Assembly: GCF_009914755.1 (NCBI RefSeq)
Contig: NC_060932.1
From: the human T2T-CHM13v2.0 reference genome, Homo sapiens
Reading direction: 5' to 3' (one strand)
Length of the DNA: 64,000 bases
A program made the position numbers and the translations under genes. This document shows, piece by piece, positions 29,131-43,273 of the stretch (its first letter is position 1; each line of letters opens with the position of its first letter). A model generated the notes under the pieces. That model ran no database searches. It was not told the origin of the DNA and saw nothing but the letters and a program-made list of their open reading frames with translations.

Positions 29131-30380
29131 ACTATGCAATCCTGAGAGAACAGAACGGAGTTGGGGGGTTGTATTGGCCTCATCAAAGCCCATGGGCTGA
29201 GAATGAGGAAGGGTTATTTGCCAAGGTAAAATAGAAGCACAGCTACCAGAAGACAGAGTGGATGCTGGACAGGCAGCACTGAGCAGTTTTAGGGATTTTA
29301 GGTTTTGCCATTAACCCACATGTCATTGCTGAGGAATTCTTTGGGAGTGATTCTGCGGATCCATCTGGCACACAGATGCATTGAGTTATCTTAAACAAAA
29401 GTCTTAATCTCGCTATCCTACTCCCCATTATATTTCAATCCTAGTACGATTTTACCCCAAGTGAACAAAGGTGTCTTCTGCTAATCTCAGCCTCTCTTTT
29501 TGTAGTTGAGGAAACTCCATCGTGCTAGTTGATCTCACCACGAGATCCCGAAACTATATGCTTCAGCTGCAGCTATTTTTTCTGCTCTGACTCTTGGGTT
29601 GACCAGGGCACACTCTCAGTGCCTTCTGCTCTCTAAGCTGATCTCTCTTTCCGAGGCCAAATGTATTCTACGACATCTAGAAAACTACAACTAGCAAGCC
29701 ACAGATTTCCCTGAGTGGCATATGCCTCTTTGGTTTTTAAAGTTTTCACAAAATATGGTACAAACCACTGGAGTATTTGGGGCAGAGCTGACAATAGACA
29801 GAGAATTAAAAATAAATTATCCCTGCCCTTTTGTCTTTGATATGGGCGATGCCGTGGAGGACAGGTGACCCAAAGGACGGGATTTTGGCTCAGGTGACAT
29901 GTTGATGCTGCGGCCTGGGTCTCCAGTGAACGCTGTCACATTAGCAGAAGCCAGTAAGCACATCAGCTAGCAGGTGAGTCTTTGTTCCAGAGAGTGACAG
30001 CCCTGAAGAGCCACTCCGACTTTTCTCGCACCCCAAGGGCAGGTGTTGACATCCTGTTGTGGATGTTAGATGAGAAACACGACTCCATTGGGCATCGTTT
30101 GCAGCATGTAGGAGATCACACAGTGAATAATTGAAAAATCTCTGCTGTGTGCCTACCGCATCTGCGGTGGGGAGAGCCGGGGAACCGTTTTAAGGTGTGC
30201 TGTGCTGGCCCAGGAGGACGAGGGCTACATCATTGAAAAAAAAACATATATATGTATGTATGTGTGTGTGTGTGTGTGCATACATGCATGGATGTGTGAG
30301 TATATGTGTGCGTGTGTACAATTTGCATACTATTTTGACACCCAGGGTATTTCTTTTCCATCGATCTGCCTAATTTCTAG

Positions 30381-30695
<315 letters not shown>

Positions 30696-31699
30696 ACTTC
30701 TAGTGTTTTAAAGATGCATATTCCACCAGCCTGGTTGGAGAGACCACTGTGCTTCCTCGAGGATGAAGTGGTGCCTCTCTCCTGTCCTTTGAAGTAGGCT
30801 ACATTTACTTTTTTGTCCCAGGGTGCATCACAGCATGTTGGGAACACTGTTTTTAGTTTTTTTGTTTTTTTTTTTTTTTAATATATCTACATCATCTGTG
30901 TTTAGCTGATTCTTTGGCATAGAGAAGGCCCTCAAAATATTTGTGGAATGAATCAAGTATGTACCAAATAAAGAAACATATATAATTTCTCTATCTTAAG
31001 AAATCCAACTGATTTTTCTCCTCTTTGCTCTCTTTCAGTCCTTGTCCTTAAGTAAACACAATATTGTGAATATTTTTCCTTTTTAAGCATATTCTAAAAC
31101 ATTTTTCAGCGCTAGTCTTTATATGAACCATTTTTGAAAAAGTGTTTCTTGGTACTTTGCCTTGTTAAATGCTGTACTATTCCTCTTTGGCCAGAATGTG
31201 TAACTGACCAGCTAGGCAGGCTGCTTTCCCAGACAGAGGACAAAGTGGTGCAGAAGGCAGCCGGTTCTCCCAGCGTGTCCCAGAGTTGGTTCTCGAATAT
31301 CCTAGGCTGCCTCCTTCTTCTTACCGATGTGCTGGCTGGTCCCTGCCCTCTCTGAGATCCTCCCAGTCCCAGCTACTAATCACCAACAGTGCTTAAACAA
31401 AACTAACCCAATCAATGGGCAAGTGACTAGAATTACTTATCCACCTGCCTCAAGTGCAGGTCTAGAGGAATAATTGCATCCTTAACAGCTGACAGGACTT
31501 GGCAGGTTATTCTGGGGTTGCTAGCCTGGTGATTTTGGACTTGGTGATTATCTGCAATGCTTTTCTGTTCCACTCCGACCAGGAAGACCAGGAATGAATG
31601 AGCCTCAGAGGTGGTGCACATGTAACTGACAGATGTAAACAAGGAGCTTGACCTTGTTTGAAAGTAACCTCAGCAGCAAGAACGGTTGTCATGATGCTT

Positions 31700-31880
31700 G
31701 AAGCACTATCCACATATTATAACTGTGCTTCCTCAACAAGAAGTAGGTCTGGCTCTCCTTATCCGGAGATCAGAAAACAGAGGCTCAGAGATACCACATT
31801 AATCAAGATCACGCAGCACCTGAACGGTGTGGCCAGGCTTTACAACTGACTCCAAAATCTGTGCTGTTTCCCTAACATGT
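31700..31880 (-). mobile_element. MIR relic
   Basis: 'agaaaacagaggctcagaga...caagatcacgcagc...ctgactccaaaatctgtgct'. Confidence 0.75.
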
Positions 31881-32329
31881 ATGCGATTTATCAGGAACAC
31901 CACTTAGCATGCCTGTCTCTTTCAACACAGAAGTCCTCTGTCAATAAAGGGGAATGTGGTTATTGTTTCTCATGTCCAGATTGTCTGGGAATATGGGCAG
32001 AAATGGCTACTCTGCTTCTCGATTATGACTTCAGACCATTTCTCTGTCTTCTTTTTCGATTGCTCCTGATTTCTCTCTCCAGCTCTGAATCCCAAGGCAG
32101 ATTGGGGCACAGAGCGGAGTTGCCAGGGGGAGAGAGGAAGAGCATGTGGGGAAGTAACTGGCTTCCCAGTTCTAAAACTCCAGTGTGAGCCAGGGAGAAA
32201 GAGAGTCCATGAAACAAGGAGAGGGTCACAGAACTAAGGAACATCCTAGCATTGGCATGGTGCTCGCATGGCCTTCGAAAGCACCAATGGGAGGTGTTGC
32301 TTCTCCCTGCTGGGAAGTTCTGCAAAGAA

Positions 32330-32475
32330 CAAATTAAATCCTGTTTGCTTCTCCAGGAAACAGAGGCCAAAGAATCTGAATAACTCTCCAAAGGTCACCA
32401 AGGTATTCAGTGGCCAAACTGGGACCAGAATGGATGATTTTTGTCCCGATTCCAGGGTTCGTTCTATTCTCTGTC
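32330..32475 (-). mobile_element. MIR relic
   Basis: 'ggaaacagaggccaaaga...aaggtcacca...agtggccaaactgggaccagaa'. Confidence 0.6.
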
Positions 32476-35348
32476 TTCTGTCATGGTGACAACACTGACA
32501 TGAGAAGAGGGTGTTCCCTCAGGGATGTGCTGTGGCTCTTGGCTGAGACCTGAGGCTGCAGGACATCAGGATAGCCCCGGACACCCTCCCACCCTCCCGT
32601 AACCCCATTTTGCATGTCTTCCTCTGTCGGACTCTTCCTCAGAGTTCCAAAGAAGAAGACGCGGCCCTCAACAAGTTACAAAGAACAATGGACTTACCAT
32701 ATAGCAATGCCTAGTAAGCATCTATTGAAATGTTGGGCCAATTAAGGAATGAATTAGTTAATAAGTAAAGGGAGGAAAATGAACTAGAATTTCAATATCC
32801 TGACAGGTAAACCAAATGGGGAAAAAATGCAGACAATTCACTGATGAGAAGATTCAGTGTTTCAAGAAAAAAATTGTTTAGTACTAAAGGAAGAAATACA
32901 TTGTCTTTGGTAGAAAAATTTGAGATTCATTCAGCGTTATCAGTGATTGGATAGACTTTGGAAATAACCCGTGGGTTACCGTGGTAATTCAATGAACTCC
33001 TCTCTGCGCATTTCCACCTCCCAAATCACTTTATTTGTTCTTATTTTCATATTCACCAGTATCACAGGCAATGAGCAGGTACCATGCTGTACAAAACAAC
33101 AAACAAAACAGCATAAAACAGGCTAGAAGGAGAGGTGCTAGGCGCCCACGTGAACTCTTCCAGGGCGTCTTACCAATCATTCTTCTGTCTTCTCCACTGA
33201 AGCCTTTCTCTCACCCCCAGGTGTCATGGGTTTGAAACATTTCAGAATGTCTCATGAACACATTCATTTCACTTGACTTCCTTCCCCTTGTGATATCACA
33301 AATGCTGCTTCTTCCTTTGTCTTGCAAATAGGGTATCTTCAGGTCCTGCCATTCCAATGGTGAGGGTTTAGCTGACATTGCAAAGTGTGCTTTGCATTTT
33401 TCCTTCTGCTCCCCCACTCCAGGACCCTGCTTCTCTTGGTTTGGACAAAGAGCCTTGCATTCTTTTGACATGTTTTGTAATCATCTTAAACTTTCGTTCA
33501 GATGATTGATTTGTGTTAAATCTCACTGCCTGTCACTTGGGGTGGGGCCTGGAAAGTTGCCTTCTGCCCACCGCTCCATTTTGCCCTGGCTTCCTTACAC
33601 CCCAGCACCCTAAGACCCGCTCTCATCCTCCTCTCCATCCTCCAGGTGCCATGAAGGTATCCTGAAGATGGGAAAATATGATTTTGTCATTCTCTATTTT
33701 GGAAATTATTTTTTAACTCCCTTTATTAAAACCAGAAGTTTATCATTAGGGTACATGAGAGACTGTAGGAAATTCAAGAATGATACTTTCTTCTTTTCAG
33801 AATACAGTAGGAAAATTGAAGAGAAGCACTAAATTTCATTGAATTTCTTCACTTTGGGGTAGAAGTTTATCATTTCAATGTTGAAATACTAAAGAGTTTA
33901 TTTTGACCAGAAGCTCTGATTAGTGTGTGTGTGTGTGTCTGTGTGTGTACATTACAGATTTATGTTTGATTAATTCCAAGTAAGATCAATGATTTTTTTA
34001 TGAAAATTTAATATGGTCATCAAGTATATATCTTAACATGTAGTTTGTTGGAGAAAATCAAGTAGATCTTTGTGGAGTTTGAGCCTGTTCATTCATTATC
34101 CAGAGACACAAATCTAAGGTGCAGCAACAGCAGATCCCATGTAAAGCCAAGGGAAGTTGAATCCTCATGGAGATGTGAGAGGAGCCCAGAACTACCTGTC
34201 AGAAGTCAAACCGAGGAGAGGAAGATCAGATTCAGGCAGGGAGTGAGAATCAGGAGTGAGTATTGGGCAGAGATGCACACAAGCGGGCAAAGGCATTTGG
34301 ATGCCTTGCAGCAAGTGGTTTGTGGTTCGTAATGCCGTCTCCTTCTTCTCTAGTTGCTGAGCCTTGCCCATTCCAAAGATGTCTTCTTTGAATTTCCTAA
34401 GTGTGGATGTTGTACTTTACAGTTATAAATATTTCCCCCCTAGAGCTAGACCTGGACAAATGTAACTACTGCTGTTAATTTGAGATATACAATTATACAT
34501 TTCAGAAAATGGGAGGACTTTTCTCTCCATACTGTTACTGGTTAGCTGGGCAGAGTTTTGGTGTGGATTCCATTATTTTTCAGGTACTGAAGACAAATGA
34601 TGGACTAAGTAACAGATTATGTTTGAACTGAGAAAGTGTTTAACATGACTGAAAACAGTCTCCTTCTTCAGTTTTTATATTACTTTCTTGTTCTTGAGTA
34701 ATTGCTTTTTCTTGGAGATAATGTCAGAAAATTGAGAGACACTTAAACTATATCATGCAAACAAATTGAAAAAAAAAATACCCCTCAGGATACCTCATAT
34801 AATAACTGTGTAGCTATGTATGTATGAATAAATGCATTAATATCATGGGTACATATAGTTACTTGAGCCCAATAAGAAAGTCAATAAAGGAAGCTTTTGC
34901 CACTAACTTTCTAGGAGAATCCTCTTAGAAACAAAATCTAGTCATGGATTTTAGAGGAAAGAATTCGGATTCAATCAGAGAGCAATTGTAATTATTTATA
35001 CTAGCTCTCCTAATCCTGCAGTTTATTGGCTTTTTCCTGCTCTATCACAATTTTTTCTTTTAGTGCTTATGGTCTCAATGTCCTGGGTCTAACCTTTTAA
35101 GATGGACGTCTTAAAAAATGCACATTTCCTAAAGGCTGTTATACCCTCCTGTGTTTTATTGAATTTTTTCCTATTGATCTGAGAATACACAATCACAGGC
35201 CTTCAGAGAATAATGCATTTTTTAAGTGAGAAAGGGTATAAAGAGAAGTTTTATTTTATTTTTTTTCTTATTGTTTTTCAAGTCAAAATCTGGCTTGGGG
35301 AAAATTTAATCACGGGATCCAGTCACCAGTAAAAGTAACATTTCTATT

Positions 35349-35597
35349 AATTTTTATTTTAAATTTATTTTCTAAATTGACAGATACTATTGTATATTTG
35401 TATCATGTACAAGATGTCTTGAAGTAGAAGGAATACATTTTAAGAGATCTATTGTACAGTAAGGTGACTATAGTTAATGATGATACATTATATTCTCGAA
35501 AGATAGAAAGAGAGGGAATGTTAACTCCCCTCACCACAAAAATGGTAAGTATGTGAAGAAATGCATATATTAATTAGGTAGACTTAACTATTCCATA
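35349..35597 (-). mobile_element. L1MA 3' end with twin-priming inversion
   Basis: Antisense tail and terminal piece at 35349-35426 joined to a sense 3' UTR piece at 35427-35597; TSD aa(g/a)taacatttct at 35333-35345 and 35598-35610. Confidence 0.9.
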
Positions 35598-36990
35598 AAA
35601 TAACATTTCTTTTAAAAAGCAACGTCATACACATGTGTTTGGGTGACTATTAAAAACTGAACTTATGGAATTTGGGGGAAAGTAAAGCTGTGCATTGATT
35701 TATATCTAAGAGAGGCTGTGAGCTAAGCATCAAAAGAATGTCAAATCTAAACACAAGATGTTCAAGTAAATCCGGAGTAAATAACCAGGACCAGTCTTTA
35801 AAAGCCTGGCCTGGTGAGATGGTTGACGACATGGCATAGCTTGGGGCTCAGGGAAGTGGGGAGATTTGAGGCAGGGTGGCGGGCGCCAGAGGTTCTGCTG
35901 GATGAGAAGTTAAATGCACCAGAGGATAATACACCTTGTACCATAAAAGTCATAACCCAGAACATATACTGTCTTCAGAAACCCCGACCTGTACAATGAA
36001 AGAGACACTGTGATCCACTGCGATGTGAGTGATACAGGGACGTAGTGACCTGGGGTACTCAGCTTCCCTGCCTCTTCCAGAGCTCCAGATGGGCAGGTGC
36101 ACCAGGTGTTTTGTTAGGGCCTTGGCAGAGCTTTCATGGTGGCTCTGTGCAGTAGCGAGTGGTAAGGACCCGAGGGAAACCAACAGAGGTGGGCTGAGAC
36201 TGCCAGTAATTCTGCAAATAATGTTTGCACCTAATTACCCTTCCAAACTACCTCTGAACACTGCCTGCCACATACAGCAAGATGAAAAGATGCTTGTTCA
36301 TCAAAATCAGATGCTAGGATGATGCAATGGAGACATTGATGAAGTGGTTGGAATTATATGGTCTCAGGGAACACGTCTTCTAAAATAAATTTTATCTGAA
36401 GTTGTGTAGTCTTAAGGATGGTAGTTATAATATCTCCAGGAATAATTTTCTAACTGCTGGTTGAATGACTGCAGTGACAAAGCAGCCACTAAGTCACCGC
36501 AGTGGGAGGTAGTTCAAATGGCTGATAGGTTTGTTTATTCATGAAGTGGCTTTCACTTCTCTAATTTCTGCCTTGACTCTGGTTTGGATCTTGGAGCCAC
36601 GTAGAGCAGATTTCAGCATTTCTTCACAGAATATTCTTCCTATATGAGGGAGCAACCATGAGTCCGACCTTGTCTTTGTTTCCTTGTATAAACGTTGTTG
36701 CTGCATAGACACTGTTGTTTCATCTGTCTCTGAAAAACACACAAAAATGTTGCACTGATTTCTCTCTGTACTCTTGCCTTCTGGAGCTCACTTCCATCCA
36801 CCTGCCCTTATGCAGGTCACATGGCTCAAGAGACAGTGCCCTCAGCAGGACCTTAGTGTTTTGAGACCCACTTTGAAGGCAGTGTGTTAAGGAGAGAACT
36901 GGCCTGAACAGCTTCTGTGAATGCAGCTCTTCTATCCCTGCAGACAGACCACATACACATTGAAATCTTTTTTTTTTTCTACTGGGAGAA

Positions 36991-37219
36991 TTTTTTTTTT
37001 AACTTTTGTCTTAAGTTCAAGGGGACATATGCAAGTTTGTTTTATGGGTAAACGTGTGTCATGGGCATTTGTCATACAGATTATTTTCTCATGCAGGTAT
37101 TAAGCCTAGTACCTATTGGTTCTTTTTCCTGATCCTCTATCTCCTCCCACTCCTCCTGCTCCGATAGGCCCCCGTGTCTGTTGTTCCTTTCTTTGTATCC
37201 ATGTGTTCTCATCTTTAGC
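36991..37219 (-). mobile_element. L1PA15/16-like 3' end
   Basis: 'aacttttgtcttaagttcaagggg...atgggtaaacgtgtgtcatggg...caggtattaagcctagtacc...ccatgtgttctcatctttagc'. Confidence 0.85.
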
Positions 37220-38454
37220 AGAGACAGTGCCTGCTGCTCTCCTCTGCTGAGCAAGACTGGAATGAATCTACCAGTGCCAGAAGAGGGAAATCTGCATGCC
37301 TGCATTCTGAGTCCCCAAGACAGACCTCTTTGTAAGGAGGCGATGCATGTTTGCATACGTTGGATTGTAGTGGGTACTCAAGGGACCAGAAAGATTGGCT
37401 AGAGAAAGCTGAATAATGATAGATTCTGGAAAGGAAAATGGAAATGTTCTAGAAAGGAAGAGGAGGATTGAGCTTGATCTGGTCAGCATAGAGCTGTGCC
37501 CAGCTGTCCTGGCCGTGCCAAGGACACATTGCTGGGCTTGGCAGGATCAACGAAGAGGGGGAAGAGTTCCCACCTATTTCTTTCAGTTCCCAAAGATGAG
37601 AACAATGCTTTCTTCTGATAGAGTCTAAAAGCTGCCAAGGAGAACTAACAAACTGATTTCTTATTTTCCGTCATGAAAATTCCCCGACGCAGGCAGACAC
37701 TAGAGGCCTCTTAAAACGAGGTGCCTTTAGGAAGTATAATGGTGTGTGCCATCCAATGTTTGAGTAATTCTGTGAATTTTCAATTTAATACATTTATACC
37801 TAGGCAAGGAAGTCATTTTCATTGAAGTTGAGGGTGACTAGAGAGTTTTACAATTGATGAAGTACTTGGGAGCTATCTCCAATCCTTTTTTATTTTTTAA
37901 TAATAGAATAAGACAGAAATGCAGGATGGAGGCAGACAAAGAGACAGAGAGGAAGAGAGAGAGGGAGAGGGAGAGGGAAAGAATAAATAGTCAAAAAATA
38001 AACAACAAATCTTCTGAGGAGGCATTCTGTAAAGTGAAAAGTTCCGAAGGATGCAACTTCAGGAATAGCCCCATGTCTTTAATAGAACAGAGGGAGAAAG
38101 GAAGGAAGCCAAAGCTAGCTCCTCATTTTAGCTGAGGCCTTCTGATTCTCCAGAGTCTTGAATCTCATTAAGGAGAATTTCCACAACTTAGTTATGAAAC
38201 TGTGAAACCAATATTAGGATTTCAAGGGACATCGGAAGGCACTAGCCAGGGGCCACTGAGACACAGGAAGACCCTTCTCCATCTGGGAATACCACACCAG
38301 CCCCAGGGTACTTTAAGCAAAAGGACCCATGAGACACATGACGAAAGCATTGTAAGTTATACTTTAAATGAATGTCGGTAGCTTTACTTACTCAAGGTCT
38401 TCATATCAGGAGGTGGTGGGGGGAGCTACACAGTTAGACCTAGCATACCTGTGC

Positions 38455-38600
38455 CCAGGCTGTCAGTATTGTTAGAAAGTTCTTATACTGAGTCAATATG
38501 AAAATTCCTGAACTGACCCTCATTCTGTCCTTGGCAGTCATAGAACAAGGCTGATGCCCTTGTACACAACATTCATTCTAAGGTTAAAAGACAACAGGGT
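38455..38600 (-). mobile_element. L3/CR1 3' relic
   Basis: 'attgttagaaagttctt...ttctgtccttggcagtcatagaacaag' resembles the antisense L3 3' end. Confidence 0.6.
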
Positions 38601-39590
38601 GCTACCTGCAAAGCGTTGATGGTGTTGATCTAACAGCCTACCTTTGCTGCAGCTCAGACTCCTGGGAGTGCTCCAGGTTGGTGTCCTAACCAAGCCACTG
38701 GAACCCTACAGGGAGCTCAGGACCCCGTGATCAAGATGCCTGGGCACTGTACCTCTAAGCAGTCTTCAGCTGTGTCTACCGAACTCACTACTAGAATCTA
38801 TCCTGTGGTCAACAAGGGGGACAGTTTCTGGAAGTAGGAAATCTCTACCCAAGAAGAGGATGATGTCTTGATCCTAGAGGATGAAGGCTCTTATAGCAGA
38901 AAACCAAGCCCTTAAATCACGTACATGTTGGCTCAAACACTGAGTATATCAGCGCCACTTAAATCTGGCCTCGCTATTATGTAGCTTTTATATTTCATGG
39001 AGGGAGAAGCCTGGTGGGGACACAAGGTATAATTTTCTCTCCCTCATGCAAGAGTTCCAGGGACCATTCCGTACGTATGTTTTGGTGAGCTCAATGGAAG
39101 TTACCTCAACTATTTTGGTGTCTTCCCTTGCCACAGAGGGGAGACTTTCAACATGGTCATGGGCACGTTGCAGAGCAATTCAAGGAAGCCTTTGACACTG
39201 CACAGAAAGGAAGCAGCTGATCTCAAGATGCAGCTCTGGTGCCAAGGGGCAGATCCCTGGCTCATTACATCAGCGCCTTCCAAGTCCTGCTGGCACTGGC
39301 AGGCCAGTTCCAGGAAGACTCAGAGGCTGTCCCGGGAGGGAGGTGGAGCTGTCTGAACTCCCACGCCTCCCGCCAGGCATAAAAGTGCCATTTTCTGAAC
39401 TGACTCTGGCACCACATAAACCTCCCACCCATCTATGAAACGAAGGTGTGTGAGTTTAGAAACCACCCACATAGCTTGGAGGAACAACCCAGATAAGGCC
39501 TCACAGTGGCCTGACTTTTAGGGTGGGTCTGGATTCACTATGAAGAAAGGCTCCAAAAGAAGTAACGCACAGGCCTTCCAGTGTGCACCA

Positions 39591-40546
39591 GTGTGGGCTG
39601 TGTGTGTGAGTGTGTGTGAGAGTACATGAGAGTGGTGTGTGTGTGTGAGGGATATATGCGTGTGGTGTCTGTGTTTTTTTGTACATGAGTGTGGTTTGTG
39701 TGTGGTATATGTGTGGTGTGTGTGAACGTGGTGCATGTGTATTTGTGTGTACATGAGTGGTGTGTGTGGTATATGTGGGTGTGTGTGAGCATGTGTACGT
39801 GTGTGTATTTTTGTATACATGAGTGTGGTGTGTGTGAGGGATATGTGTGTGCGTGATGTGTCAATGTGGTGTGTATGTGTTTTTGTGTACATGAGTGGTG
39901 TGCATGTGTGTGTGTGGTACACGTGTATATGATAGATGTGGTTGTGTGTGAGCATGTGTGTGTGGGTGGTATGTGTGAACGTGGTGTGTATTTGTGTTCA
40001 CATGAATGGTGTGTATGTATGGGGGTTATATGTGGGTGTGTGTGTATGAGCATGTATGTGTATGTGGTGGGGGCAGGAATGGAGGGTCACAGGTCCTGGT
40101 CCTGAGGGGTATATGTGTGCATGTGTGAGCATGTTGTGTGTGTGTGTTTGTGTACATGAGTGTGATTTGTGCTGTTTGGTGTGTGAACGTGATGTGTGTA
40201 TTTGTGTATACATGAGTGGGCTGTGTGTGGCGTGTGTGTGTGTGAGCATGTCCTGTGTGTGTGTGTATGTGTGGTGGGGGCAGTAATGGAGGGTCACAGG
40301 TCCTGGTCTTGGGTGTGTGTGTGGGGGAGCGGGGCAAGAATGGAGGGTCGCAGGTCCTGGTCGTGGGTGTGTGTGTGGGGGAGCGGGACAAGAATGGAGG
40401 GTCACAGGTCTTGGTCTTGGGGGGGTATATGTGTGTGTGTGTAAGGATGTCGTGTGTGCGTTTGTGTGTGTGTGTTTTTGTGTACATGAGTGTGGTTTGT
40501 GTGTGGTGTGTGTGAATATGATGTGTATTTATGTGTATAGGAGTGA

Positions 40547-40599
<53 letters not shown>

Positions 40600-40645
40600 G
40601 AGGCAGGAATGGCCTGTCACAGGTCACAGGTCCTGGTCTTGGTCA
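39591..40645. repeat. Composite TG-rich minisatellite
   Basis: About nine '(g)tacatgagtg' anchors among TG runs; five 'aatggagggtcacaggtcctggtc'-like units, three at a 54-bp period; pure (TG)n at 40559-40596. Confidence 0.95.
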
Positions 40646-41734
40646 TACACCCTCTCTCTGTGGACCTCTGTTTTCTATGCGCCTAAGGTGTATCCCTTTT
40701 AGAGAATTTTTAGTGACACGTAATTTTTAGCTATGTTGAATCCCAGAACCTCAACAACTTTGCCAAATGGACTTCAAGTGTTCCCGAAGCTTCCAAATAT
40801 TATACTGAAGATCATTAACAAAGGGCTGCTTGATCTCGATTTCAGAACTGTTATGATTAGGTTTTGACAGATTTTAAGCCCAGAGAACATGCAACCCAAA
40901 ATGTCTCTGCTTTCACTGAGGTCCAGGAGGATCATCCTCATGGCTGCTTTCGTTTCTGTTTTTCCCAATCCAACCAAACTGTAGCATTGAGTGAAAACAT
41001 TTATTTATTCTACTAATCTTTGTTGAACACTTCCCCTCCTTCAGATTCCAGACACAGTTCCAGACATTGGGAGTGCAGTGGTCAATATATTTACAAAAAA
41101 AAAAATTGTTATAATGTCTTACATTGTAGAAGGAGTAGAAAAACAAATGAGCAAATGAAATATGCCAGTTGAAGATGAGTATTACAGAGAAAAACAAAGC
41201 AGGAAGAAGATTAGGGGATGCTTTGAAAGGGGCTATGATTTCCAGTAGCTGGGTCAAGGAAGGCCATAATGAGAAGGAAATACTTGAGATAAGTTCTAAA
41301 GAAAATTGGAAAAGAGCCACATGATCCCTGGGTAGGAATGTTCCAGGAAGAAGATACAGAGAATCTAAAGACTTGAAGTGAGCAGACCTAGTGTTTTCCA
41401 GGAAAAGGCTAACTCATATGGTTTTAGTGGAGTGAACAAGAGACAGAGAGATTAGGTCAGAGAGGGGATGGGAGCCTGGTGATGGAAGTGATCAGATTAT
41501 ATGAGACCTTGTAAATGTGAATTATGGCTCTGGGCAAGAGAATTACATGATGCTGTTCATGTTTTTAAAAGATCATTGACATGAATAGATTATGAAGTGT
41601 AAAGGGGCAAGGCCTGTATAAGGAAGACTAGTTAGAAGCTTTTTATAGTGACTCGGGCTACAGTTGATGCCACCTTTGACCAGCGTGGTAGTCATGGTAT
41701 TTTCAGGAAGAGTTTGATTCTGAATACATTTTCC

Positions 41735-42440
<706 letters not shown>

Positions 42441-43273
42441 TAATGCATAATATTTTAACACAAAGTGTTCAGTGCAGCAGGAAATATTTTCAATGTGCTA
42501 ACCTTTTTCTCAGATTAGAAGTCTTCCAAGTGGTCAGGGCATGAAAAGATAGAAAGTCTGCCCTCAGCGCTTCATTCTAGCGACTTTGTTGACAGGATTT
42601 GCTGAAGGATCAAGTAAGAGGTAGGAGAGAAAGACAGGGATTAAGGAAGCCCAGGGTTTTTGGCCTCAGCCAAACTGGTCCAGAGGATTTACTGTTTACT
42701 GTTAAATGTATAGAATCCAAGGAGAAGCCTAGACTGAAAATGTAAATATGGGAGACACCCACATACAAGGAGTCTTTAAGGCAAGCAATCAGATGAGCTC
42801 ACCAAGTAGAAAAGGTCCAAAGACCATGGTCTATGAGTCTCCAAAATTAGGAAGTCAGATCGGGGAGAAAGGCTCAGCAAAGGACACTAAGGAGTGGTGT
42901 CAGAGCAAGAGAAGAGGAAAATCAAGTAAAGTTGTCCCGGTTGTCTGGCTAACAAATGAACAAGGAGTGTGTATCCCTGTGAAACCCAGGTGAAATGAAA
43001 TGAAATGAAGCCTAGACTTTGAGATGTTGGTCACCTTGACACACAACAGTTTTGGTGTAATGTTGGGAGCAAAAGACTGACCTGTGTGAGGGAAGGAGTA
43101 GGAATGAAGAAAGTAAAATGATCAAGGAATTTTACTGTAAATGGTGATAGAAAGATTGAACAGTAGATAGAGAAGGAAGTGAGGTCAAATATTTTTTAAC
43201 TCTTAGGAAAAAAAATTGATTTGGGGAGAGGAGCTATATTGTTTGACCAATATTCTTTAATAGGTAATGAGAC

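Noticed and set aside
40277-40440. Regularly spaced repeats as a CRISPR-like array
   Set aside because: Spacers are near-identical TG/G runs rather than unique sequence, the context is primate and there are no cas genes; it is a minisatellite.
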